Below are positions 20,056-29,988 of a stretch of 64,000 bases of DNA, in pieces (the stretch's first letter is position 1; the number at the start of each line of letters is the position of its first letter). Below the pieces are notes generated by a model. It was not told where the DNA came from, searched no databases, and saw only the letters and a list, made by a program, of their open reading frames with translations. Both the position numbers and the translations under genes were made by a program. Where the stretch lies: the IMG/VR virus record IMGVR_UViG_3300037502_002220, positions 1-64,000 of that record; one strand, 5' to 3'. This stretch comes from a virus.

Positions 20056-21594
20056 ATGTCTGGGTTAGCAGGTTGTACGTATAATATTAGGAAAGATCTA
20101 GCACCTAGCTTTGCTACTGGTGGCACATGGAAGTACATTGGGTTTAGTGCTTCTTCTGGTTCAGGACCTTGGACAAGTACACCTGCTAACCCATTAGTTA
20201 CTTATACACCTAATAGTACCATACCTCTTGGTGATGACTTTGTAATAGAAACTAAAGGTAAAACAGTAGGTTATTATAAGTTTACATACACTGTAGTTGT
20301 TAGTACTGTAGATCTTATTATTAGAATTATTGATGACGTAGTTACTGCTGGTGTATCTAAAACCTTAGATCTTACACCTTCTAGTGGTAGCACTAACCTG
20401 TTAACAGCATTAGGAGCTACTGCAGGTGGTGTGTGGACTGATGTAGATAATGTAGGTGGTGCATTTAACAATGGTATTTTAGATCCTTCTACATTAGTTG
20501 CAGGTGAGTATGAGTTTAAATACGATCTTACTGGTACTTATGTAGATGAAGGTTGTGATTCATGTCCTCCGTTAGTATCTACAATCACTGTAAAAATAGC
20601 ACAATCGTTAAAAGCTATTATCAACGCTACTGATGATACTTGTGTGTTTACAATATCTGGAGAGCATCCTGATACTGCTGTAGCTAACTCTGCTAAAGTA
20701 GAAATAGCTACTGATGCTTATGCACCTACTGTTAAAATTAAAAAAGTAATTACTAATAACTGTCAAAATGCAGCATACAGTGCTACAGAATTAATAACTG
20801 GTTTTGACTTTGTATATGTAGGAGTAAGTAGTACTTCTAATAATACGTTTCAAGCTGGTGCACATCTTGAAACAGTTACGCTAACAGATAGTGTAACCCA
20901 AACTACTACTACAATAGGTGTAGCACCTTCTGGTACCAACGTTGCTACATTCTCTGGTGTAGGTGGGACTACAAACGCAAATAACCTAACATACAACGGT
21001 GTAGATTTTGAATCGTTTATGGGGGCTATTAGAATTGCAATTAAGAATGCATTAGGTGTAGCTGGTTATACAGAAGGTGTACATTACATTCTTAATGTAG
21101 GTGGTACTCCAGTAGGTTTACGTATACAAATGGCAGCAAAACATAGTCCTACTACTAAGTGGTTTGGTGTAACTGGATATACATGTAGATTATTAGCTGG
21201 TGGTCAAGTTGTAACAGTAGCTCAACCTTCTAAGCTCGTTAATTATGTATTAGGTACAATACAGTACTCTACATCTTCATGTCCAAAAGACTTAAGATTG
21301 CGATATGTTATTAACGGTCCTATTCCAGTAGATTTAAACAATACTGCTTACAATAGCATAGCGATAGTAAACCCAGTTGCATTAAGTGTAGCTAGTGTAG
21401 GATCTAAACTTACTGAAACTTGTAATTCTAAGTTATTACAAACTACTGTACAAAACTGTAATGGTACAGTAACTTATAGTTGGTCTTCAGGAGAAACAAC
21501 ACAAAGTATTGAAAAGGTAACTCGTGGTACTTACACTGTGACTGTGACGTGTTCTAACCCTAGTGGTACAACAACGGCACAATATGTATATTAA
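20056..21594 (+). CDS. Beta-rich structural fibre protein, N-terminus paralogous to 9211-9915
   Basis: 'GGTW...GYYKFTYTV' and 'GGVWTD...GEYEFKY' repeats; C-terminal 'TYSWSSGETTQSI...GTYTVTVT' SprB-like repeat. Confidence 0.7.
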   Translation: MSGLAGCTYNIRKDLAPSFATGGTWKYIGFSASSGSGPWTSTPANPLVTYTPNSTIPLGDDFVIETKGKTVGYYKFTYTVVVSTVDLIIRIIDDVVTAGVSKTLDLTPSSGSTNLLTALGATAGGVWTDVDNVGGAFNNGILDPSTLVAGEYEFKYDLTGTYVDEGCDSCPPLVSTITVKIAQSLKAIINATDDTCVFTISGEHPDTAVANSAKVEIATDAYAPTVKIKKVITNNCQNAAYSATELITGFDFVYVGVSSTSNNTFQAGAHLETVTLTDSVTQTTTTIGVAPSGTNVATFSGVGGTTNANNLTYNGVDFESFMGAIRIAIKNALGVAGYTEGVHYILNVGGTPVGLRIQMAAKHSPTTKWFGVTGYTCRLLAGGQVVTVAQPSKLVNYVLGTIQYSTSSCPKDLRLRYVINGPIPVDLNNTAYNSIAIVNPVALSVASVGSKLTETCNSKLLQTTVQNCNGTVTYSWSSGETTQSIEKVTRGTYTVTVTCSNPSGTTTAQYVY

Positions 21595-22294
21595 AGACTT
21601 TAGTTTTATTAAATTTGAAGAAGATAAGCACAGATACTTTAACACAAATACTGGTCAATATGTACCTAGTGTTACTACTGTGTTATCTAAGCTAAGTAAG
21701 TTTGATAAAGAGTATTGGCTTAAAGTAAAAGCTGAACAGAATAATACTACTGTTGAAGAACTAGAAAAACAGTGGGATCACAGCAGAGATACTGCTGCTA
21801 AAAAAGGTAAAGACTTCCATACGCACATGGAAGATTACATCTGCGGTAAAACCAAGAAAGGTATCTATTCTAACGCAGACAAATACTTTGAAGATTATTG
21901 TGATGATGCACACTTAGCTACAGAAGTAGTTATCGGTAATCATTTGGTTGCTGGTACTTTTGATTGCTTAGCAATGCGTAATGGTGATTACATACTTAAA
22001 GATTGGAAAACTAACGAGAAGTTTACAACTTATAGTATGTATAAATTACAACCACCGTTTCAATATTTAGACAACAGTAAATATACGATATACGCATTTC
22101 AACTATCGTTGTACAGGTATTTATTAGATATACCTATATACAAGATGGAAGTAGTGCATTTTGATAACGATTCATACACTGTGCATGAAGTACCTTATCT
22201 TGAAAGAGAAGTACGCATGTTATTAAATAAATTAGAAAATGACAATAGGTCAGCACATAGCAGCATTACGGGGATTGATCCGTCAGTTTTCTGA
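21584..22294 (+). CDS. PD-(D/E)XK (Cas4/RecB-like) nuclease
   Basis: 'F.E..H.Y', 'PSVTTVL', 'GKDFH..ME', 'E......VAGTFDCL', 'DWKT', 'QLSLY'. ATG at 21584 preferred over GTG at 21563. Confidence 0.85.
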   Translation: MYIKDFSFIKFEEDKHRYFNTNTGQYVPSVTTVLSKLSKFDKEYWLKVKAEQNNTTVEELEKQWDHSRDTAAKKGKDFHTHMEDYICGKTKKGIYSNADKYFEDYCDDAHLATEVVIGNHLVAGTFDCLAMRNGDYILKDWKTNEKFTTYSMYKLQPPFQYLDNSKYTIYAFQLSLYRYLLDIPIYKMEVVHFDNDSYTVHEVPYLEREVRMLLNKLENDNRSAHSSITGIDPSVF

Positions 22295-22919
22295 TGGTGA
22301 AACACCATTTACAGATGAGTTCTTATACCATCTGTTTAGGACTTCTGCTAACCTGCTTATGAGCAGGAAGATGGATAAGAACAATAATATGAGTACTTGG
22401 CTAAGTGACTTTTATTGCATGAAGCTAGTACCTGGTAAAGTACACGATTGCGATTGTATTGATGCTGGTTGTGACGTACTTAAAACAGAACATCCAGTAC
22501 CTAAACCTATGCGTGGTAAGTACAGAGATCTTATTAAAGTACTTACTATTAACAACGATCCCATAGGTTATGTGGATGCTTCAACATGGACGAGTATTCA
22601 ATATGATCCTATTAGAAAGAACAAGTTGCATTTTAGTATGGTAAACGGTCATATTATTATCTGGAATGCAGATGTAACTAGGGTTAGACCTAAAGCTATA
22701 TTTGTCACTGGTTATTTTGAAGATCCTGTAGAATGGTCTAAGATATCTGCGTGTGATATTAACGGTGAAGACACTGGTAATTCATGTTTTGATATTTACA
22801 CTTCAGAATATCCTATTGACAGTGACTTAGTAGATGCTGCTTATTCTTTAGTACTAGATAAGTTGCGTTTACCTTTACAAATACCTGAAGATAAAAGAAA
22901 TCAGAGTAGTACATTATGA
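22239..22919 (+). CDS. Tail ring protein
   Basis: 'GYFEDP...CFD...EYPIDSDL' pattern of crAss-like ring proteins. Confidence 0.7.
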   Translation: MTIGQHIAALRGLIRQFSDGETPFTDEFLYHLFRTSANLLMSRKMDKNNNMSTWLSDFYCMKLVPGKVHDCDCIDAGCDVLKTEHPVPKPMRGKYRDLIKVLTINNDPIGYVDASTWTSIQYDPIRKNKLHFSMVNGHIIIWNADVTRVRPKAIFVTGYFEDPVEWSKISACDINGEDTGNSCFDIYTSEYPIDSDLVDAAYSLVLDKLRLPLQIPEDKRNQSSTL

Positions 22920-23452
22920 AGACAATAAAAGAATCTACAGCACATGAAAGTGGTGGGTATATTACAGATAGGTATTTCTATCATGCATACTCTCACCCTA
23001 CGTATAGAACTAGTGAACCACGTATACCTAGATCTATGGCGATTAAGCATCCATACCAGTTAGATTATAACATCTGGAAAAAGATTATTAAACGCTATTT
23101 TGAATTGCTGTTAGAAAAACTATTAGAGGGTGGTAAGATAGAATTACCTTCTGGTCTAGGTAGCATAGAACTAGGTATGGTTAAACGTTTAGGACCATCG
23201 TTCTTAGCATTTAAAGCTGTGCAGAGTAGAGACAATATGAGTTATGTACCAACACTATTTTGGTATAAAAATAAGGGCAAAGACAACTGTACTATAAAAA
23301 ATAAGCGCATATTATCTATGCAGTTTTTTAAACCTACATTTATGAAGATACTACAGATGTCTAGGAAAGATCCTTATATGGCATTTAAGTATCTTAAAGA
23401 TCCTGCTTCTGATAATGTATTTGTCAGTAGCATTAAAAAATTTAGACGATGA
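22916..23452 (+). CDS. HU/IHF-like DNA-binding protein
   Basis: 'KIIKRYFELLLEKLLEGGKIELPSGLGSIEL' HU/IHF-like core; conserved position in crAss-like tail modules. Confidence 0.65.
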   Translation: MKTIKESTAHESGGYITDRYFYHAYSHPTYRTSEPRIPRSMAIKHPYQLDYNIWKKIIKRYFELLLEKLLEGGKIELPSGLGSIELGMVKRLGPSFLAFKAVQSRDNMSYVPTLFWYKNKGKDNCTIKNKRILSMQFFKPTFMKILQMSRKDPYMAFKYLKDPASDNVFVSSIKKFRR

Positions 23453-24192
23453 TTAAGTACGTACCGTTAGAAGCTATATTAAACTACATCCCTGATGCTA
23501 TTCGTGAGCAGGTAGATGCCCAGCAGATAATGTCATGGGCATATCTACTTTATAGGACTATAGAAATGCCTATCTCTGAAGAACTCAAGATCGTAGATGT
23601 TGAAGTTAAAAACCACAGGGTTAAGTTACCTGATGATGTTAAACGCATTATCAACGTAATTCATAATGAACCTGGTGTCGATGTACCTAAAGAGATTGTA
23701 CGTGATTACGGTGATGGTAGGTTAATTATAGCACAAGAGATATTCTTTTCTTCCCAGTATTATCAACAAGCTCGTGGTCTAAAGTACTTAGGTCAGATGA
23801 AGAGTCCTTTAATCGATGAGCAACTGTATTGTAGCAGGTGTGATGTAGGATTTTCTATTGATAAAACATTAAGTTGTTTACACATAGATTATCCTGATGG
23901 TAATGCTACGTTGATATACTACGCTCCTGTAGAAGAGAATGGTAAGAAGATGATACCAGATGATCCAGATCTTATGCTTGCGATATCACACTTTGTACAA
24001 GCTAGATACTGGCAAGAGAAAACCTATTCACACGAATCTAATGCAATAGCTTTATCTAGTGATCACCACATACGCTCACGTGCGCATTTAAGTGCATTTG
24101 AAGGTAGAGCTAAACTTAAAGCTATAAACGTTAATAAGCATAACGTATTTAGGTTGAGACGAAACAAAATGTATAACTGGAATCGTAACTGA
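23449..24192 (+). CDS. Tail tubular/ring protein (P22 gp4-like)
   Basis: 'IVDVEVKNHRVKLPDD' and 'YYAP..ENG..MIPDD' motifs; immediately precedes the muzzle gene. Confidence 0.75.
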   Translation: MIKYVPLEAILNYIPDAIREQVDAQQIMSWAYLLYRTIEMPISEELKIVDVEVKNHRVKLPDDVKRIINVIHNEPGVDVPKEIVRDYGDGRLIIAQEIFFSSQYYQQARGLKYLGQMKSPLIDEQLYCSRCDVGFSIDKTLSCLHIDYPDGNATLIYYAPVEENGKKMIPDDPDLMLAISHFVQARYWQEKTYSHESNAIALSSDHHIRSRAHLSAFEGRAKLKAINVNKHNVFRLRRNKMYNWNRN

Positions 24193-27100
24193 TGTTTAAC
24201 GGAATGTGGAAAGATGGTGAACCTGAAGCACAGCCACAGGGCACCTATAGAATGGCTATCAATGCTGTAAAAGAACCAGGAGAACCTGCACTAGCTACAG
24301 AACCTTCTAACGTAGAAGTATCTGAACTAGAAGGTATTATCTGTGGTGTAGTATCACTAGATGGTGAACATGCTGTTGTGTTTACTAAACCTGGTAATAT
24401 CTATTTATACAACCAGAATAGCAAAAGCTCTACACTACTTGTAGAACTACCTTGTTTAAACTTTAGTGAAAACCATCGTATACAAGGTAAGTATAAGGTA
24501 GTAAATGGTTGTGAGCGTGTAATCTATTGGAATGATGGTTTAAATGAAGATAGATACTACAACTTAGATAAGCCTAGTATATTCCGTGAGTGTGATGACT
24601 TTAGGTTAACATTATCTGCTCCATACCCTAACATAAAAACAGAAGTTATTTCTGGTGGTATACTTAAGAAAGGTAGTTATCAGTTTGTTATTGAACTACT
24701 AGATACTTCTAGGAACGTTACATTAAAAACAATACCTACAGAACCTGTATATGTGTATCAAGAAGGTCAAGGTATTCGTATTAATATCTCTGGTATTGAC
24801 GCTGCTTTTGTTCGTATTAACGCTATCTCGTACACAGCAACTAACGGTATTACATTAGAAGCTTTTGAGTACGAAGATATCATACCTGTAACAGGAACTA
24901 CCTTAGCGTGGAACTATGACGGTAATAACGTAATCGCTAAAGACTTTAGGAGTTTACTTACTGTACCTGTAAACTTTGATACGTCTAGGTACATGGAGAT
25001 TGTTCATGGTAGATTGCTTAGAGGTAATGTAAGTGAAAAGCAACAAGACTATACTGCATTTCAACATGCAGCTTCTAAGATATGTACTAAGTACACTGTA
25101 AAAGAATCTGAAGCTAATATCTTTACCGAGCTTGGTGATGAAGTAAAAGCTTATGGTATTGTATATCTACACAAGAATGGATCACTAAGTCCTGTGTTTC
25201 ATATTCCAGGTAGAAATAAAACTACTAAAGATAGTGAGTTAGTAACTGGTCCTGATATTACAGTAGCTGATGTAGAGAATGTTACATTGTCGTTTAAAGG
25301 TATTATAGTACCTGTAGGTAACTTCTGGATGCTTAGCTTTAACTTATCTGCAGATAAACCTATTTCATCGTCTGAAGTTACTTTTTACAACGAAACAAGT
25401 ACACAATCATCTACTGCTACATCAGCTTCGTTATCTATACCTAAGATAGTTTCTGGCTCTACTGATGATAACCTGCTGTTAGAAAATAACTTTATTAAAG
25501 TAAGTATTGTAGTTGGAGATAAGAAGTTTGATTACATCTTTGAAACTAAGTTTGACATAGATGAAAATGTATTGTTAACTGAAAGTACACCAGTTGATGC
25601 TGTAAATAAGTTTGAACGCTGGGTGTTTAACAATACTGCTGATAAAGCTACTAGCTCTATGGGCTACTACGCTTCTAGTGAATCGTACAACAACCCAGTA
25701 AATTACTGTGGTGAAGATTACTGGGGTGTAGATTGTGATGGTAAACCACTTGTGCGTACTCCAGTTAGATATCATAAAATACCTTCTAGGTTTATAGAAC
25801 CACTAACAGATGGTAGTAAGAAAAGATATATTGGAGTGAAGTTTACGAATGTGACATATCCATCTACAGATATCGTAGGTCATTTCTTTGTAACTAGCTC
25901 TGGTGAAACAATAGCATCTAGTGGTTATGCACTACCGTTTAATGATAAAGGTGATAACACTGGAGATAAAGAAGAAGGTAGGTTTGTACATTACTTACCT
26001 AATAGTTTTGATAACGAAAGGTTTAGTAATAGTTTAAATCAGAATATTATAACACCTACTAGTCTAGTAGATAAGACTAATGTCACGTGTAATTACATTT
26101 ATGTTAACGGTGAGTATGCTGAACAGTATTCTGATAACAGACCTTTTTATAACAAGTTTTTTGTAGATAAAACAGATTTACAGTTATTTGGTAAGCATCA
26201 TCAATATACTAAAGGGTTTACACCTAGAGAAGAATTACTTACTGCTGTATCTTCTGAATATGTATTGTACGCTGCTAAACGTAAAGAATACGTTAACAGG
26301 TCATTAAATCACGGGATGAATATTATTAAAGTTAAGGAGTTTCCTAGCTTTAATAGTAACAGTGCTAACATGCGCTATGTATATCTTAAGCGTGCAATAC
26401 AACCATTTCAAAGTGTATTTGCTATACGGTATAGGTTTATGAATACCACACCATTAACAGGTACTTCCGCAGAACTGTATGCTGGTGAGTATAAAATAAC
26501 AAGTCCTGAGATTATAAATATTAGTGATTTGTTTCCTAAAGGTGGTGTTAAAATTAAATGGTACGAAATTGCAAGTTTAATAGCTGGACCTAAACTTCTT
26601 GGTAGTTTGTTAGAATCAGATCAGATTAACGTAGAATATGAGTGGATATCTAATCTGTATTTTGAATCTCCTTACGATTTTAAAAACATTGAGGATAAAT
26701 ATTACTTTTCTCCAGGTGTAGATGGTAAGGATGCTATAGGTAGTTTTGTACAAACGCTAATCTCAGATGGATATTTTGAAGAAGGTAAAACTAAAAATAC
26801 ACTAAAGGATTCTATAGAGCTTATAAACTATAAAGTAAACAAAGACTATGGTGTAGTAAACAACTTAAGGATAATGTATCCTTTACCTGTATCTTTTGAT
26901 TACTGCTTATCGTGTAGATTTCATTATCCAGCTAGGATTGTATTTAGTGATGTAAACTCTCAAGAGCAACAGTCTGATTCTTGGAGATTATATCCAGCGT
27001 TAAACTATACAGATCTACCTGCGCACAGAGGTAGTCTAACTGCATTTGATTACACAGGTGGTAGTATACTAGCTAGAATGGAACGTGGTCTATTCTTTTT

Positions 27101-28160
27101 ACAACCAGATCCACAGACAATAGAAACAGATACTTCTACGATATACTTAGGTACACCTAGATTTTTATCTATACCACCTCAAGAGATGGCTAAAGATAAT
27201 AACGGTTACGCAGGTCAACAAAGTAGAATGGCTAGTGTAAGTACTCCTGCTGGTTTATTCTGGTACGATGAAGATGCTGGTAAAGTATTTGGTTACGATG
27301 GTAAGATCAATGAGATATCTAGAAAAGGTATGTACACCTTCTTTGATCGTAAATCACAAGCTGGTAAATACTTTAGAGATAATAACTTAACGTGGTATAG
27401 AGATAAAACAAGTATGTCCTATGACCCTAAGTACGAACGCGTAATGCTACACTGCGATGATACGTACAACAACAAAGTATATTCATTTACGGTATCGTAT
27501 ACTATACCAGTACAGAGTTGGACTAGTTTTCATTCGTATCAACCAGATGGTATGTTCTACTTAAATAGAACATTCTATACGTATCTTAATAATAAACTAT
27601 ATTCTCACAACGAAGATGATTATACGTTCTGTAAGTTCTACGGCGTACAACATCCATATCAAGTAGGCTTAGTATACGTAGCTGGTCAAACACAACAATG
27701 GCATAGTGTACATTACTACGCACCTGTGTTTAAGTTTGAGAATGGTATTTGGAAAGATGTACTAAATAAAACATTTAATAAAGCGTTTGCATTTACACGT
27801 AGACAAACTACAGGTATCGTAGATCTTCTTTTAACTAGCGATCCACAAGAGATCATCACGTGGAACGAAAGAACTAAAACTGTAATACAAGCAGATAGGA
27901 ATTATCGTATTGCTAGCCTTAGAGATATATCTGTAGGTGATGGTGTCACTAGTTCTAGGTGGGAAGATGTACAAGAGTTCTATGTTAATGGCCAAGGGTA
28001 TCAAGATATCATACCTGTTAACACAGACTTTGAAAAACCACAGTATGAACAACTTATGTTCAGGGATAAATTTATCCAAGTTCGTTTACTGTTTTATCCT
28101 AATGAACATAAAATGTTGACTTATATCATAGACTTTACTAAATTAGCACAAACACGTTAA
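24192..28160 (+). CDS. Muzzle / tail stabilisation protein (P22 gp10-like)
   Basis: 1322 aa; 'GMWKD....QPQGTYRMAINA', 'IYWNDGLNEDRYYNLD', 'DEVKAYGIV....G..SPVFHIPGR', 'WTSFHSYQPD', 'FRDKFIQVRL'. Confidence 0.85.
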   Translation: MFNGMWKDGEPEAQPQGTYRMAINAVKEPGEPALATEPSNVEVSELEGIICGVVSLDGEHAVVFTKPGNIYLYNQNSKSSTLLVELPCLNFSENHRIQGKYKVVNGCERVIYWNDGLNEDRYYNLDKPSIFRECDDFRLTLSAPYPNIKTEVISGGILKKGSYQFVIELLDTSRNVTLKTIPTEPVYVYQEGQGIRINISGIDAAFVRINAISYTATNGITLEAFEYEDIIPVTGTTLAWNYDGNNVIAKDFRSLLTVPVNFDTSRYMEIVHGRLLRGNVSEKQQDYTAFQHAASKICTKYTVKESEANIFTELGDEVKAYGIVYLHKNGSLSPVFHIPGRNKTTKDSELVTGPDITVADVENVTLSFKGIIVPVGNFWMLSFNLSADKPISSSEVTFYNETSTQSSTATSASLSIPKIVSGSTDDNLLLENNFIKVSIVVGDKKFDYIFETKFDIDENVLLTESTPVDAVNKFERWVFNNTADKATSSMGYYASSESYNNPVNYCGEDYWGVDCDGKPLVRTPVRYHKIPSRFIEPLTDGSKKRYIGVKFTNVTYPSTDIVGHFFVTSSGETIASSGYALPFNDKGDNTGDKEEGRFVHYLPNSFDNERFSNSLNQNIITPTSLVDKTNVTCNYIYVNGEYAEQYSDNRPFYNKFFVDKTDLQLFGKHHQYTKGFTPREELLTAVSSEYVLYAAKRKEYVNRSLNHGMNIIKVKEFPSFNSNSANMRYVYLKRAIQPFQSVFAIRYRFMNTTPLTGTSAELYAGEYKITSPEIINISDLFPKGGVKIKWYEIASLIAGPKLLGSLLESDQINVEYEWISNLYFESPYDFKNIEDKYYFSPGVDGKDAIGSFVQTLISDGYFEEGKTKNTLKDSIELINYKVNKDYGVVNNLRIMYPLPVSFDYCLSCRFHYPARIVFSDVNSQEQQSDSWRLYPALNYTDLPAHRGSLTAFDYTGGSILARMERGLFFLQPDPQTIETDTSTIYLGTPRFLSIPPQEMAKDNNGYAGQQSRMASVSTPAGLFWYDEDAGKVFGYDGKINEISRKGMYTFFDRKSQAGKYFRDNNLTWYRDKTSMSYDPKYERVMLHCDDTYNNKVYSFTVSYTIPVQSWTSFHSYQPDGMFYLNRTFYTYLNNKLYSHNEDDYTFCKFYGVQHPYQVGLVYVAGQTQQWHSVHYYAPVFKFENGIWKDVLNKTFNKAFAFTRRQTTGIVDLLLTSDPQEIITWNERTKTVIQADRNYRIASLRDISVGDGVTSSRWEDVQEFYVNGQGYQDIIPVNTDFEKPQYEQLMFRDKFIQVRLLFYPNEHKMLTYIIDFTKLAQTR

Positions 28161-28184
28161 CAAAACTTATTAACTATAAACAAT

Positions 28185-28370
28185 ATGAAATCTTCATCTA
28201 CAAAGATGTATAAGAAAGGTGGTTGGATTCAAGATGTTACCAAGAGTATTAAACGTAGGGGAACTGAAGGTGTATGCTCTGGTAAGAACTTTGGTGGTCC
28301 AAATTGTAAGCCGGGCTCGCGTAGATATAACCTCGCAAAAACTTTCCGTAAAATGGCTAAAAACCGATAA
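28185..28370 (+). CDS. Small basic protein with MYKKGG motif (putative virion cargo peptide)
   Basis: 61 aa, Lys/Arg-rich, A-rich leader, in operon. Confidence 0.65.
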   Translation: MKSSSTKMYKKGGWIQDVTKSIKRRGTEGVCSGKNFGGPNCKPGSRRYNLAKTFRKMAKNR

Positions 28371-28372
28371 TC

Positions 28373-28690
28373 ATGGCTATTCCAGATAGATATAAAAACA
28401 TGGGTTTTAGTAGAGTAGGTCAAAAAAAGAACTCTAGTAGACCAGGTAAAAAGTGGATGGTACTTGCTAAAAAAGGTGACAAGTATAAAGTAGTTCACGG
28501 TGGCGATAGTAAAATGAAAGACTTTAGTCAACACGGTAGTGAGAAACGTAGAAAGAACTTTTGGAATAGAATGGGTGGTAAAAACTCTAGTAAAGCTAAG
28601 GACCCTTTCTCGCCTTTGCATTGGCATAAGCGTTTAGGTAAATGGGAATACGGTGGTTCTCTACCTTTGTTAAATACTAAAATGTATTAA
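28373..28690 (+). CDS. Small basic protein ('KKWMV..VVH.GD..M.DF..H....RRKNF..R...D..SP..W' family), ending with WEYGG motif
   Basis: 105 aa, highly basic; motif pattern recalls small nucleic-acid-binding proteins of large phages and viruses. Confidence 0.65.
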   Translation: MAIPDRYKNMGFSRVGQKKNSSRPGKKWMVLAKKGDKYKVVHGGDSKMKDFSQHGSEKRRKNFWNRMGGKNSSKAKDPFSPLHWHKRLGKWEYGGSLPLLNTKMY

Positions 28691-28692
28691 TA

Positions 28693-29988
28693 ATGAAATC
28701 AGCATTAAAAATATCTGCTAAGAGACCACTTAAAAAATATGAAAAAGGTGGTAAACTCAAATCACAAGCTCGTAATAAAAAATATCAAAATGGTGGTACA
28801 CTAAATACACTCAGTGGTATTGCTGGTGCAGCAGGTGGTATAGCTAGTGCTATTCCTGGTATTGGTACTATTTTAGGTACTGCACTTAGTTCTGCAGTAG
28901 CACCTGTACTTGGTATGTTAGCTGCTAAGCAACAAAAGCGTGATAGTATAAACCAACTTTATTCTAACATATCTATCATGGAAAAAGGTGGCCCAATAGA
29001 TCCACCTTATGTATATGAATCACCTGCAGCTACTGTAACTGCGTCTAGGTTACCTAAAGGTTATAGTAAGATGTCTAAAGAAGATCAAGCTAGGTACGAT
29101 AGATTTATGAAATCTAAAAGACCTGCTAGCGGTCAACTAAAATCTTTAGAAGGATTTGACGATCCTATTTTTAATTTAATGGGAATGCCTGGAGCAATAA
29201 GAGGAGCTAAAACAGTAGTTAGACGAGTAGTTAAAGATATAAAACAAATAGATCCTTCTAAATTAAATCCTAATAGGTTTAGACCTAATCCAGATATGAT
29301 GTATCGCGGTATAGGTGAAGGAGGATTTAAAGATGCTGTAGAATCTGGTTTATTTAGATCTAAGCAAATAGATTTACCTAAAGGTGAAGGTAGAGTTGTT
29401 CTTCAAAAATCATTTAAAAGCAGTGGTCCTTATTTTACTCCTTATTTTAGAAAGGCAAAAGGTTATGGTGCTAAATATATAGCAGAAGTACCTAAGTCTT
29501 CTGCAAAATGGAGTCAGCGTTATAAAAAATCTGATTGGAGTCAATGGGCAGATAGAAATATACCAGTTAAAGAAGGTAAGATATTAAAAAAAGATTGGTG
29601 GAAAGGATATAAAGAAGTTGAACTTCCTGAAAAAGAAAAAGGTGGTTTAATTAAACGTAAAGATGGTAGTTATTCTAAACGTGGTCTTTGGGATAACTTG
29701 AGAAGTAAAGCTGCTGAAAATAAAAGAACTGGAGCTAAACCTAAAGCACCTACTAAACAAATGCTAGAACAAGAACGCAAGATTAAAGCTAGTAAAGAGT
29801 TTGGTGGTACAATTACTGGTAATAGTGATCTATCTTTTTACAAAGGTAAATCACATCGTGATGGCGGTATTATGGTAAACAGTAAAGGTGTTCCATCTAG
29901 GAACGCATCTGCTGAAGTAGAAGGCGGTGAAACTAGGTTCATGTACAAAGACAAAGCTTACATCTTCAGCGATAAACTTACAATATAA
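28693..29988 (+). CDS. Modular cargo polyprotein: Gly/Ala hydrophobic segment, ART-like domain, basic module, GxSHxxGG...EVEGGE domain
   Basis: Modules separated by YEKGG, YQNGG, MEKGG, KEKGG and KEFGG; no Cys. Confidence 0.7.
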   Translation: MKSALKISAKRPLKKYEKGGKLKSQARNKKYQNGGTLNTLSGIAGAAGGIASAIPGIGTILGTALSSAVAPVLGMLAAKQQKRDSINQLYSNISIMEKGGPIDPPYVYESPAATVTASRLPKGYSKMSKEDQARYDRFMKSKRPASGQLKSLEGFDDPIFNLMGMPGAIRGAKTVVRRVVKDIKQIDPSKLNPNRFRPNPDMMYRGIGEGGFKDAVESGLFRSKQIDLPKGEGRVVLQKSFKSSGPYFTPYFRKAKGYGAKYIAEVPKSSAKWSQRYKKSDWSQWADRNIPVKEGKILKKDWWKGYKEVELPEKEKGGLIKRKDGSYSKRGLWDNLRSKAAENKRTGAKPKAPTKQMLEQERKIKASKEFGGTITGNSDLSFYKGKSHRDGGIMVNSKGVPSRNASAEVEGGETRFMYKDKAYIFSDKLTI

